Virus record (IMG/VR): IMGVR_UViG_3300037502_002145
Location: 1-64,000 of that record
Source of the DNA: a virus
Strand: one strand, 5' to 3'
Length of the DNA: 64,000 bases
Shown: in pieces, positions 1 to 9,316 of the stretch
How positions within the stretch are numbered: position 1 is the stretch's first letter
Layout: the number at the start of each line of letters is the position of its first letter
The notes under the pieces: model-generated
Told to the model about the DNA's origin: nothing
Seen by the model: only the letters and a program-made list of their open reading frames with translations
Databases searched by the model: none
Position numbers and translations under genes: made by a program

Positions 1-11
1 CCAGTAAAACT

Positions 12-404
12 GTGGTAGATAACTATTTTAATGATGTAAGATTCTTTGATAATCTTGAATACATGGATAACGCATATGAAGTTTTAAACAGATTAAAAGA
101 GAATTATGCAATCTATTGTGTGTCTATGGGTAATACGGTTAATCTCGCACTGAAGAATACATGGCTAAGAAAGAATCTACCATTTGTTGAGTTTATAGGT
201 TGCAATTTTAATGAAGTAGAAGATAAGCGACATATAGATATGAGTGGTGGAATTTTAATTGATGATGTAGTTAAAAACTTAGAGACTTCAAATGCAGATG
301 TTAAATTGTTATTTGGAGATGAATACCAATGGAATGATAAATGGGATGGTATCAGGTGTTATAACTGGTACGATGTTGAAAAAGAATTAAGATGGAATTA
401 TTAG
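12..404 (+). CDS. HAD-family 5'(3')-deoxyribonucleotidase-like protein, probably 5'-truncated by the window edge
   Basis: K..WL...LPF, 'ILIDD...NL' HAD motif IV, 'WN...RCYNW' C-terminus typical of phage NT5C-like proteins; motif I absent, so probably upstream. Confidence 0.7.
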   Translation: MVDNYFNDVRFFDNLEYMDNAYEVLNRLKENYAIYCVSMGNTVNLALKNTWLRKNLPFVEFIGCNFNEVEDKRHIDMSGGILIDDVVKNLETSNADVKLLFGDEYQWNDKWDGIRCYNWYDVEKELRWNY

Positions 405-455
405 GAATAAAAGAACTGTTTTATACATAATTATGATTAAGGAAGATAAAGGGGC

Positions 456-605
456 GTGACTCATATAGAAAATACCAAAAGCATGGAAGAAATAATAAAA
501 GAAAAACGTAAGGTTGACGGATACAAAATTAAATTTAGCTATGAAAATAAATATACAGTAGAAGAAATGTTAAAGAGAATTATTAAGTCACATATAACTA
601 CATAA
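456..605 (+). CDS. Small basic protein upstream of the integrase (candidate recombination directionality factor)
   Basis: Not in ORF track; (V)THIENTKSMEEIIKEKRKVDGYKIKFSYENKYTVEEMLKRIIKSHITT*, preceded by AAGGGG RBS; start uncertain (456/465/483). Confidence 0.45.
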   Translation: MTHIENTKSMEEIIKEKRKVDGYKIKFSYENKYTVEEMLKRIIKSHITT

Positions 606-719
606 TTGAACAATAAATCAGCTTGTATTAATTTACAGGCTTTTTTATTTTACTATGCCGTAATAGTATGGTATAATATCTAAAGAAGACACCCATTTGC
701 ACATAGGAGGATAAGTAAC

Positions 720-2327
720 GTGGCAAGAATTAAAAACACAATAAGCAAGAACACATATAAGACAGCACTGTATATTCGTTTAAGTCGTGAAGACGGAGAC
801 GACAAGATTGAATCAAATTCAATTACAAATCAAAGAGATATGTTACAAAAATATATAAGTGAAAATAAAGAGTTTGAACTATACGACATATATTCAGATG
901 AAAATTACACCGGTACTAATTTTAATCGTCCCCGATTCAAAGAATTGATATCTGACATAGAAAATGGATTAGTTAATTGTGTTATATGTAAGGATTTATC
1001 AAGATTTGGAAGGGATTATATTGATACTGGATATTATTTAGAAAGATTTTTTCAAGATTATAATGTTAGATTTATCGCTATAAACGATGCCATCGATAGC
1101 CACAAACAAGCTTATGATATGTTACTACCCGTAAAAAATGTATTTAATCAACAATATGCAGTTGATATAAGCAAAAAAGTTCAAAGTGCATTCAAAATTA
1201 AGCAATCTAAGGGGTCATTCATCGGGGCTTTCGCTGGGTATGGATATTTAAAAGATGAACAGAATCACAATAAATTAGTTATAGATGAATATGCTGCTCA
1301 AATAGTAAGACGAATATTTAAGATGTATCTCGAAGGAATAGGCAAGATTAAAATAGCTAAAATACTTAATGAAGAGGGTGTAATGTGTCCAAGTGAATAC
1401 AAGGCTAACAATGGTTTAAATTATACAAACGGTCAAAAAATTGGTAGTACAACATACTGGACATATCCTACTATTCATAGATTGTTACAAAACGAAATGT
1501 ACATTGGTAATATGGTGCAAAATAAAACTGTTAGAAGAATGAAAGGTAAAGCTCGTGCATTACCTAAGGAAGATTGGATAATAGTAGAAAACACTCACGA
1601 TGCAATTATTGATAAAGCGACTTGGGACAAGACTCAAGCTTTACTAAACAAAGATACTAGACAAATTAATTTTAATCAAAATGTTAGTGTATTTGCTGGA
1701 TTTTTAAAATGTAACACTTGTGGTAGATCCCTTGCAAAAAATAAAAGGGGTAAGAATGTTTATTATATTTGTGGATCTTACAAAAGATATGGATCAACAA
1801 TATGTACACCACATACTATCATGCACGAAAAACTTGAAGAAATTGTTTTGGACTATCTAAATTTTATAATAGAAAGAACAAACCAGTTACAAAAGTTAGT
1901 TTTAACACAACAGGAAGGTATAACTAAAACTAATGGTAATATTAAAATTGAGTTGGAAAAAATTAAAATAGCACTTAATAAAATTTACACTTTAAAAAAA
2001 GGAATATATGAAGATTACCGAGAGGGGATACTGAGTAAAGAAGAATATTTACAATATAAAATTGACTACGAAAAAAATGAAGCTATGTATAAAGACAAAA
2101 TTAAAACCTTAGAAGATACCGAAAGTAAAAAACCTAATAATATACTTAATAACGAATGGGTGAAAAGATTTTTAGCAACTAAAAAAATAGACGTATTGAC
2201 AAGAGAAATAATGGCAGATTTTGTAAAAGTTATTAATGTAGACGAAGACAAGCAATTAGAAATAGTCTTAAATTGCAGTGATGAATTCAATGAATTATTA
2301 ACATCTATAGGTAGTGCCGATAAATAA
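720..2327 (+). CDS. Large serine recombinase (phage integrase)
   Basis: YIRLS catalytic Ser, DLSRFGR, recombinase domain, CxxCG...YYIC zinc ribbon, coiled coil; TG-TATAAT promoter at ~669-677. Confidence 0.95.
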   Translation: MARIKNTISKNTYKTALYIRLSREDGDDKIESNSITNQRDMLQKYISENKEFELYDIYSDENYTGTNFNRPRFKELISDIENGLVNCVICKDLSRFGRDYIDTGYYLERFFQDYNVRFIAINDAIDSHKQAYDMLLPVKNVFNQQYAVDISKKVQSAFKIKQSKGSFIGAFAGYGYLKDEQNHNKLVIDEYAAQIVRRIFKMYLEGIGKIKIAKILNEEGVMCPSEYKANNGLNYTNGQKIGSTTYWTYPTIHRLLQNEMYIGNMVQNKTVRRMKGKARALPKEDWIIVENTHDAIIDKATWDKTQALLNKDTRQINFNQNVSVFAGFLKCNTCGRSLAKNKRGKNVYYICGSYKRYGSTICTPHTIMHEKLEEIVLDYLNFIIERTNQLQKLVLTQQEGITKTNGNIKIELEKIKIALNKIYTLKKGIYEDYREGILSKEEYLQYKIDYEKNEAMYKDKIKTLEDTESKKPNNILNNEWVKRFLATKKIDVLTREIMADFVKVINVDEDKQLEIVLNCSDEFNELLTSIGSADK

Positions 2328-2359
2328 CATCACCATGGGGGAATGATATAATTAGGCAC
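2314..2359. other. Putative attP of the serine integrase
   Basis: 46-bp imperfect inverted repeat GTGCC...GGCAC (14 of 22 flanking positions pair) centred on TG at 2336-2337, overlapping the integrase stop. Confidence 0.65.
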
Positions 2360-2451
2360 AAGTAAAATCAAGGGTTTACTAAACTATTTAATACAAATAG
2401 TGCAAAATTAAACATACTATCAATCACACTATTTGTATTAAATTATGTTTA

Positions 2452-3639
2452 TTAACTAGAACAGTAATCACACCATAAAAATTTTGAGCCAATCTTTAAA
2501 TAGGAATAAACAGTATATAATGACAATTTAGTAATTTTAACAATAGTATTTGCATTATGGTTCAGATTCCATAAGTCACAAACTTCTCTGATTCTAGTAC
2601 TACATGAGTACTCATCACATTTATCCCAATCAATAACAGATAGATCGAATAATTCTGTTAAAACACTATTATTGATACTGTCTTTGATATATTCAAACCT
2701 ACTACCGCTATAATTACAATCTATTCTTATTAATTCAACGCCATTTTCGATTGCTAAATTATTCTTAATTGCATCAACTTTAATAAGCTTATCGATAGTA
2801 TCTTGTTTTTTATCAAAAGAATTATAGCCATGACCTAATCCACCATCCATTTCAATTATGTATTCTTTTTCTTCTATTTTAAAATAAAAATCAAAATAAT
2901 ATTTATCACACCAATCAAATGTTTTACGTGAAAGTTCTCTAATAAAGTTTACATTAAGTTGTTCTAAAATGTTATACATAAATTTATTTGGATACGAAAA
3001 TCCGTCACTGCACTTCGGACAAGAAAATCCTTCATGTTTTAGTTTGTGTGGGCTTATTTTCTTTAAAGTACCACATTCAGGGCATATACCATCAAAATAC
3101 TTTCCCGATCCCATTGAGTATTTTTTAGTATCTTCTATGTTTTTAAAATAAGGTACTGCCCATTTATCAGTGGTAAAGATATCATTGTAACCAGTGATAG
3201 TAATTGGATTGTGGCAACACAGTGGGCACCCCTTTTTTGCAACCAATGAATACTCTAATTTTGTCCCCACCCATCCATCTTTAATACATTTAACAACATA
3301 TGCTTTTTTCTTTTTATGAATTGTTTGCTCTAATATTACAAGTTCATTTACCACACTTCCTACTTCGTATTTGTAAATTCCATATAATTGATTTAATAAT
3401 AACCCAAGGTTGCAATTTTTAAGTATGTAAGTTCTCACTTCAACGCCACATTCGTCTGTGTATCCATTTATGTAAATATTAATTTTAGAATTAGTGCTGT
3501 TATAGCTATTTATTTTAATTTCTCCTATAACTTTGTCATAAACAAAATTTACAGTTTTCCCAGCACTATTTTTCCAATCAATGTATTCTTTGTTCCCATA
3601 TTTTCTAACTGGCAAATCATCTAAAAACACTTTTCTCAT
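2452..3639 (-). CDS. Zinc-ribbon plus DUF559/Vsr-like endonuclease (free-standing homing-endonuclease-like)
   Basis: Several CxxC pairs; 'FDFYF...IIEMDGGLGH...D..KN..A..NGVELIRI' nuclease motif; RBS favours MRKVF start. Confidence 0.7.
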   Translation of the reverse strand: MRKVFLDDLPVRKYGNKEYIDWKNSAGKTVNFVYDKVIGEIKINSYNSTNSKINIYINGYTDECGVEVRTYILKNCNLGLLLNQLYGIYKYEVGSVVNELVILEQTIHKKKKAYVVKCIKDGWVGTKLEYSLVAKKGCPLCCHNPITITGYNDIFTTDKWAVPYFKNIEDTKKYSMGSGKYFDGICPECGTLKKISPHKLKHEGFSCPKCSDGFSYPNKFMYNILEQLNVNFIRELSRKTFDWCDKYYFDFYFKIEEKEYIIEMDGGLGHGYNSFDKKQDTIDKLIKVDAIKNNLAIENGVELIRIDCNYSGSRFEYIKDSINNSVLTELFDLSVIDWDKCDEYSCSTRIREVCDLWNLNHNANTIVKITKLSLYTVYSYLKIGSKFLWCDYCSS

Positions 3640-3780
3640 AATATAACCTCGCATTCTTTCATTTGAATTTTAAATAATCGAAAATAGTAACCAATAGAAG
3701 CACAAAATTTCGATTAAAGTTACGTATTTTAGCACATTAAAAAAGCCGAAAACCATTGATTTTACTAGGTTTTCAGCCAT

Positions 3781-4320
3781 TTAGTCCTTCTTATTCTCAC
3801 TAATATTGCTCCACTTGCTACACTTAAATATATCAACTATTTCTTTTTCCATATCTGTACCACACATAAACAAATATGGATTAACAACATAATAATTTTT
3901 AGTTTTATCAGCATATTTATCAGATTGTCGTTTAACCTTTTTTAATACTAACTCTTTTTCTAGTTTTGGAATAATTTTTCTTATAGCATCATAATCCATT
4001 TCAAGTAAAACACTCATATCTTTTATGTTAATAGCAACTCCATCGTTTCTCAATATTCCGTCTTTATATGAAATATAGGGCATTAGAGCAGTTGATACAG
4101 CATATTCTCTCATTGTAAGTTCTTTCCACAGTTCTTTAATAGGATTTTTATACACTTTTACAAACAGCTCCTTTTTATTAAAATTTGTTATGTATTTGTT
4201 TGTATAATCGTTCTGAGATTCTCTTACTATTTTGTCACCTTCATATATTTCAGTAAGAATTAATCCATCGTCGTTAACTACAGTTCCAACTTTGTTTTTT
4301 GTATTATTTGAATTATTCAT
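3781..4320 (-). CDS. RepL-like winged-helix replication/maintenance protein
   Basis: 'FVKVY', HTH, 'YYVVNPYLFMCG' typical of the Firmicute RepL family. Confidence 0.6.
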   Translation of the reverse strand: MNNSNNTKNKVGTVVNDDGLILTEIYEGDKIVRESQNDYTNKYITNFNKKELFVKVYKNPIKELWKELTMREYAVSTALMPYISYKDGILRNDGVAINIKDMSVLLEMDYDAIRKIIPKLEKELVLKKVKRQSDKYADKTKNYYVVNPYLFMCGTDMEKEIVDIFKCSKWSNISENKKD

Positions 4321-4342
4321 TAGAATCACCTTTATCCTTTAA

Positions 4343-4525
4343 TTAGCGTCTATCAAGATATTCTTGAATAGCTGTTAATAGTTCAGGTGTTTCTTTAAAG
4401 AAAAATACATTTTTACCGTTGCCGTTTTTATTTGGCTTTAAATCTACTAAAATAAATCCGTTTAATTGTAAATAACCACATAATCTTTGATTGTATATGG
4501 TTTTCATTTTTATTGTTTTATCCAT
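4343..4525 (-). CDS. DUF5659-like small protein
   Basis: 'IYNQRLCGYLQLNGF...KNVFFFKETPELLTAIQEY'; AGGAGG RBS before MDKTIK. Confidence 0.7.
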   Translation of the reverse strand: MDKTIKMKTIYNQRLCGYLQLNGFILVDLKPNKNGNGKNVFFFKETPELLTAIQEYLDRR

Positions 4526-4600
4526 TTGAATCCTCCTAAAATAATTAATTTTGTTACTCAAGACTTTTGCCACTGCAAAAGGATTGAGAAGCGTCGCAGA

Positions 4601-4635
4601 CATAAAAAGAGCCGACCACAATCAGCCGACTCTTA
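4601..4635 (-). terminator. Intrinsic terminator after the endolysin
   Basis: AAGAGTCGGC-TGATTGTG-GTCGGCTCTTTTT on the minus strand. Confidence 0.7.
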
Positions 4636-4655
4636 GTGTTATATTCATATCATTG

Positions 4656-5543
4656 TTACATTTTATATGTTCCCAAAAGCACATCCCAAGACTTAGTCCC
4701 AATAACACTAGTAGGATTCTTAGCACCCATCACAACTTTCTTCATTTCAATAACTCCATTAGCAGTCTTAGAACCAAAGTCGCCATCAACCTTGCCACAG
4801 TCAAACCCTAACTCATTTAATCGCTCTTGTACTAGAGTAACTAATTCGTTCTTAGTTTTAATTTTTAATGCTTTGCATGCTGATTTAGTTTTAGATCCAA
4901 CTATTCCATCTACAACCAATTCTTTACCGTTAAAATCTTTATAGCCTAATTTATTTAGAGTAGATTGTAGACGTTTTACCCAGTCAGTTGATGGTTTAGT
5001 TAAAATAAAATCAACTTCATAATCAGGTCTACCATAACCGGCTATTCTAGGATTATTCAACGCATATGATTTTTCACATACTGCACCGCCATTAGGAATT
5101 ATATCTTTCCCACTTGAAGTGTTACCCTCAATTGTATATACAGTTGAATTTGTGACTTTTGCAACAATTCCGGTATGATTAATTCTTGCGCTGTTTTCAA
5201 AGAATATAATATCACCAACTTTAGGATTAGAAGTATGCCATCTATTCATTTTTTTAAAGTAGTTAGCAGAAGTAGGAGTATAAGCACTAAAACCGCCTAA
5301 TAATTCTTTTGCCTTATCTTTACCAAATGTCTCAGCGAAAATAACGTCTATGTACATATCACACCAAGCCTGACCTTGATAATTTACACCCGTTAGTTTT
5401 TCATATTCTCTTGCAAATCTGGTATAGTTTTCATCACCGGCATTAACCTTCATACTATCCAGTTGTTTGTTTGATTCTTTTTCTAAATAACCAACATATT
5501 TTTTAGCCGTTTTAATTACTTCTTTTGCAGTTACTTTACCCAT
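4656..5543 (-). CDS. Endolysin (CHAP domain plus two peptidoglycan-binding repeats)
   Basis: 'QAWCDMY', 'HTGIV', 'TIEGNT' CHAP motifs; 'LQ..LN.LG...VDG..G.KT' twice; RBS favours MGKVT. Confidence 0.92.
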   Translation of the reverse strand: MGKVTAKEVIKTAKKYVGYLEKESNKQLDSMKVNAGDENYTRFAREYEKLTGVNYQGQAWCDMYIDVIFAETFGKDKAKELLGGFSAYTPTSANYFKKMNRWHTSNPKVGDIIFFENSARINHTGIVAKVTNSTVYTIEGNTSSGKDIIPNGGAVCEKSYALNNPRIAGYGRPDYEVDFILTKPSTDWVKRLQSTLNKLGYKDFNGKELVVDGIVGSKTKSACKALKIKTKNELVTLVQERLNELGFDCGKVDGDFGSKTANGVIEMKKVVMGAKNPTSVIGTKSWDVLLGTYKM

Positions 5544-5603
5544 AATATCATTCCTTTCATATAAATAGGAGAGTAGTACAACACCACTCTCCATAATCAG
5601 TAG

Positions 5604-5957
5604 CTATTCAGTTTTACCAGTTACAACTTCTTTAACTTTTTCATTTTTCTCTAACATTTCACGCATTTCATCTAATGCTTCATCTACCCAAAAACTAAAC
5701 ATTTCAAATGAAACCAACTTAGCAGCAACTTTAAATCTAGTGGTAAACAAATCATAAACATATCTTAGCTTTAATTGACCCGTACCAGAACCTAATTCTT
5801 TTTCTGCTAATGTAACCCAGTATAACAACATCTTCTTAATTTTTATTACTTGTTCCTTAGTTGGTAATCCAGCAAACTTATATACAGCAAATACAACTCC
5901 AAACAATAAAGCCAATAAACCAACTACTATGTACCAATTTTCAATTAACCATTCCAT
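5604..5957 (-). CDS. Holin-like membrane protein
   Basis: N-terminal TM; 'V..AEKELGSGTGQLKLRYVYD' LL-H-like holin motif; adjacent to endolysin. Confidence 0.7.
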   Translation of the reverse strand: MEWLIENWYIVVGLLALLFGVVFAVYKFAGLPTKEQVIKIKKMLLYWVTLAEKELGSGTGQLKLRYVYDLFTTRFKVAAKLVSFEMFSFWVDEALDEMREMLEKNEKVKEVVTGKTE

Positions 5958-5960
5958 AAA

Positions 5961-6224
5961 TTATTCCTCCATTTCATTAACTTGATCAATAGTTTCTTTA
6001 CCATACTTTTTTAATAACTTAATTTCGTTTTCTTTCTTTGCCTTTGAAAAATAGAATCCAGTAGCAACGGACATTTCACCAAAGACGGAAGGTATTAAAT
6101 AGGAGAGAGCAGAACTATCTCCGGTTTTCCACATTAAAGCCATACTATAAATAATTACAACAACAGTAAAAATAGTAACCATGTAAAATATCTTCTTGCT
6201 AAATTCCATCTTAGTTTTCTTCAT
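5961..6224 (-). CDS. Two-TM lysis-cassette membrane protein
   Basis: Two hydrophobic segments, 'GFYF.KAKKEN' tail. Confidence 0.6.
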   Translation of the reverse strand: MKKTKMEFSKKIFYMVTIFTVVVIIYSMALMWKTGDSSALSYLIPSVFGEMSVATGFYFSKAKKENEIKLLKKYGKETIDQVNEMEE

Positions 6225-6671
6225 CTAATCACCTATCCTAATTTCTAATTTACGTACCCTATACATCAGAGTCGAAACGTAACTATTTCCTTTCAACACC
6301 TCAGTATACATAGTGTACATTTCTTCAAGTGACTGTAATTCTAATTGATCTATATAACCCTTTTCAATTGCTCTTGTACATGTATTAACTATTGTGTGTC
6401 GTGTTTGTATCTTGTTAATTTCAAATAACGTATCAATCATAGTGGCAACATTATCTAGCTTAATTTTAACTTCTTTTATCTCTGTATCATGTTTGGTAAC
6501 AGTGGAGTGAAAATCGTCGGATTGATGTTTCTTATTGTATGCCTTAATCCATAATTCTCTTAACTTTTTACCTATCTCATATACTGCAAATATGATTGCC
6601 AATGTTACAAATATTGACTTAAAAACTTCTCCTATTGTTAATTGTGTAATATCTATTGTTAATAATTCCAT
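6225..6671 (-). CDS. Lysis-cassette membrane/coiled-coil protein
   Basis: N-terminal TM, 'Y..LKGNSYV' motif common upstream of Firmicute phage holins. Confidence 0.55.
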   Translation of the reverse strand: MELLTIDITQLTIGEVFKSIFVTLAIIFAVYEIGKKLRELWIKAYNKKHQSDDFHSTVTKHDTEIKEVKIKLDNVATMIDTLFEINKIQTRHTIVNTCTRAIEKGYIDQLELQSLEEMYTMYTEVLKGNSYVSTLMYRVRKLEIRIGD

Positions 6672-6722
6672 CCCTCATCTACACCAATCCTTTCTTCTTT
6701 CATAAAATGTTACAATTTTACA

Positions 6723-6835
6723 TTTACAATTAGTTGGAAGAGTGCTATAATGTAGCTAACACTACTCCAATAGTGTTTGGACATATATTCGTGAAGTCAT
6801 CTCCTAAGTTGAACCTCTAATATATGTCCCCTTTC
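6723..6835 (+). ncRNA. Candidate small RNA with its own sigma-A promoter
   Basis: TTTACA-17-(TG)TATAAT at 6723-6751, then two hairpins AACACTA/TAGTGTT and GGACATATATT/AATATATGTCC. Confidence 0.5.
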
Positions 6836-6988
6836 AAAACTATTAAATATTTGGGCTTATATAAGCCATTAAAAATAATTAGGCAATAATTTATACCTAA
6901 ATGTATTTTAAATCGTTTTAAATAGCTTGTAGCGAATTCAGTTATGTTGCATATTGCGTAAAAATCCGTAGTCAATAAAACACCGATT

Positions 6989-9301
6989 TTATAGTATTCC
7001 ATATATACGCACACCTTTAGTGCTTGGAGAATATGAGGCAATACCACTAGATGTTAAATTTTGCCCATTTTGCATAGATGTGGTTACAGTTTTTCCACTA
7101 TAGGAAAATCGAACTTGATATGAAATACTAGATCCATCTGAATTTATATTTTTCCAAACAGCTTGTGTTTGCGACGTTTTGTTTATAGGGAAAGACTGAC
7201 TTATACCATTAATATTTAACTCAACAACCAGCATTGAGTAATAGTCTGGATAATCAACAAGTTCAAAAGTTGTTGGTATATCACTGGTGTTGGTATATAA
7301 TACGTTGCGACCAATTATAGTGCTATTCGGGTTTGTTTTTGTAATACCCGCATGTACTGCTGATTTATTAACATCTATTTTTGATTGATTGACGTTACAA
7401 GGCTTACTTATAGCACCGCTTATTGATATTAGCCCACCGAAGTTTGCATCTATAAAGTTAGCAGTTGAACAAGTTACGTTAAGCATAGAGACGTATGATC
7501 TTTCGCTTCTAATTGCATAAGCAGATAACGGGTTATTTTGAGTTACATTTATATTAAGTAATGAAATAGTACTATCTGTTATTAAAATACCCTTAACATC
7601 GGCGCTTGACGGAGCGTTTAAATACAAAGAATCTATGCCATGTATTCTTACACCAGAATAACTACCACTGCTAATTTCAACAACTACAGCACACCCAGAT
7701 TCTATTAATGGTATTGAATTTATTGCTTGCTGTATTTCTTTAAATGGGTTGGTGGCCGTGCCGTTCATCATAACCCCATTATAAGAGTTATCGACATATA
7801 ATGTAATTATTGGATTTGGTGCTGCATTTTGATATATTTGCTTTGTCCTATCAGATGTTTGGATATTAAAATCAGTCTTAGTTATAAACGTTTCAAAAAA
7901 ATTGCGCTCATTATTGGAAGGGGTGTTCCATCCAATATAAAAATTACCCGTTCCATCATTCGTTATAAATTCGCTTTCCATCAATACATGACGTTGTAGC
8001 TTGATAGGATTTTCAAAAATCTTTTGTATTGTCATATCAATCGTATTAACACAAATGCATATGTCTGGGGAAAAACACAGCATATATAATACGTGGTCGT
8101 GATAAGTCAATCCGCACCCATTTGTGCCTGTTTTTTTAGGCAGTCCTATATTCACATCTTTGACAAAATTCATCTCATTATCTAACACCTTAATGGTTAA
8201 ATATTCATTTGTACCTGTTGTTAATACATACCATTCATTATTATCTATATTATAAGTCAATGATATGCAATTATAATTTTTTACTATAGTATTTGTAAGA
8301 GTAAAAGTAGCGTAGTCTATTACATAAATATCTGTACCAGTTGATGTTATGTATAAGTTACCTTCCTTATATTCAATGTCGTTACCATGTCCTATGGGGA
8401 GTACAGCTTCTCTTATAGTGTTACCGGTATACAAATCAATTTCCACTAATTTTTGATAATCACCAACTTCATTGATAGTTGTAGCATAACATATCACTAA
8501 TGTTTCTTGGTTATCAATTTTAACATAGCATCCACCCTGCATTACCATATAATCATCACTGTATTTTATATAGTTATACATAACATTAGTTTTAAATTGA
8601 CCTATTATCGGCAGTTGTGATTTGTTGATTTTACCATTATCACTCAATGTCGATACACCATTAGGATTTCCCTTTTCAGACGAATTTATCTTATTTAATT
8701 CCAACTCATTGACAGCCCCCACCAAATCAGCGTTTGATGTTGTTTCTAAAAGCGATAAATCACCAATTTTTTCATCTGCATAAGCAAATACATCGGTCGC
8801 TTTACCTTGTGGATCATAAATCGAGGACATCATATCGCCTCCAACACCATCTGTTCCTTTAGCAGCAATACATTTCCACCAGGTATTATCAGTGTTATAA
8901 GTTGGGGCATTACCAATTGTTTCTAAAATACATTGATATGTCCCACCTTGATCTGTAACTTTATTACCTACTTTATATGCTTTATCTGGATCATAACTTT
9001 CTAATTTTTTATACTCGTTATAAAATTCTTGTCTTACAACCTCTGCGTCCGATACATTTTGAGCAACTGTATTAGCATTTGTAGCTGCGTTATTCGCATT
9101 AGTGGTAGCAGTATTTGTTGCATTTATCGCATTAGTAGTGTTTGTTTCTCTATCTATTTCAGCTAATTGTCTTTCAGCTTCACTTAATTGTCTTTCTGAT
9201 TCTTTTTGATTTATTAAATTATTTGTTTGTATTACATTACCAATTAACCGAGGAGATATTATTTCTTTATCGCCCCAATAAACCTTTTTTATTTCTGACA
9301 T
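6989..9301 (-). CDS. Tail fibre / receptor-binding protein
   Basis: Ala/Asn/Thr coiled coil, CBM-like 'Y.VG.KV...G..YQC...WW', hinge 'KGNPNGVSTL...GKI..SQLP', propeller-like 'GHGND' region, 'GT..NPFKEIQQAI' beta-helix start. Confidence 0.8.
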   Translation of the reverse strand: MSEIKKVYWGDKEIISPRLIGNVIQTNNLINQKESERQLSEAERQLAEIDRETNTTNAINATNTATTNANNAATNANTVAQNVSDAEVVRQEFYNEYKKLESYDPDKAYKVGNKVTDQGGTYQCILETIGNAPTYNTDNTWWKCIAAKGTDGVGGDMMSSIYDPQGKATDVFAYADEKIGDLSLLETTSNADLVGAVNELELNKINSSEKGNPNGVSTLSDNGKINKSQLPIIGQFKTNVMYNYIKYSDDYMVMQGGCYVKIDNQETLVICYATTINEVGDYQKLVEIDLYTGNTIREAVLPIGHGNDIEYKEGNLYITSTGTDIYVIDYATFTLTNTIVKNYNCISLTYNIDNNEWYVLTTGTNEYLTIKVLDNEMNFVKDVNIGLPKKTGTNGCGLTYHDHVLYMLCFSPDICICVNTIDMTIQKIFENPIKLQRHVLMESEFITNDGTGNFYIGWNTPSNNERNFFETFITKTDFNIQTSDRTKQIYQNAAPNPIITLYVDNSYNGVMMNGTATNPFKEIQQAINSIPLIESGCAVVVEISSGSYSGVRIHGIDSLYLNAPSSADVKGILITDSTISLLNINVTQNNPLSAYAIRSERSYVSMLNVTCSTANFIDANFGGLISISGAISKPCNVNQSKIDVNKSAVHAGITKTNPNSTIIGRNVLYTNTSDIPTTFELVDYPDYYSMLVVELNINGISQSFPINKTSQTQAVWKNINSDGSSISYQVRFSYSGKTVTTSMQNGQNLTSSGIASYSPSTKGVRIYGIL

Positions 9302-9316
9302 AGTTTAATACCTCCT

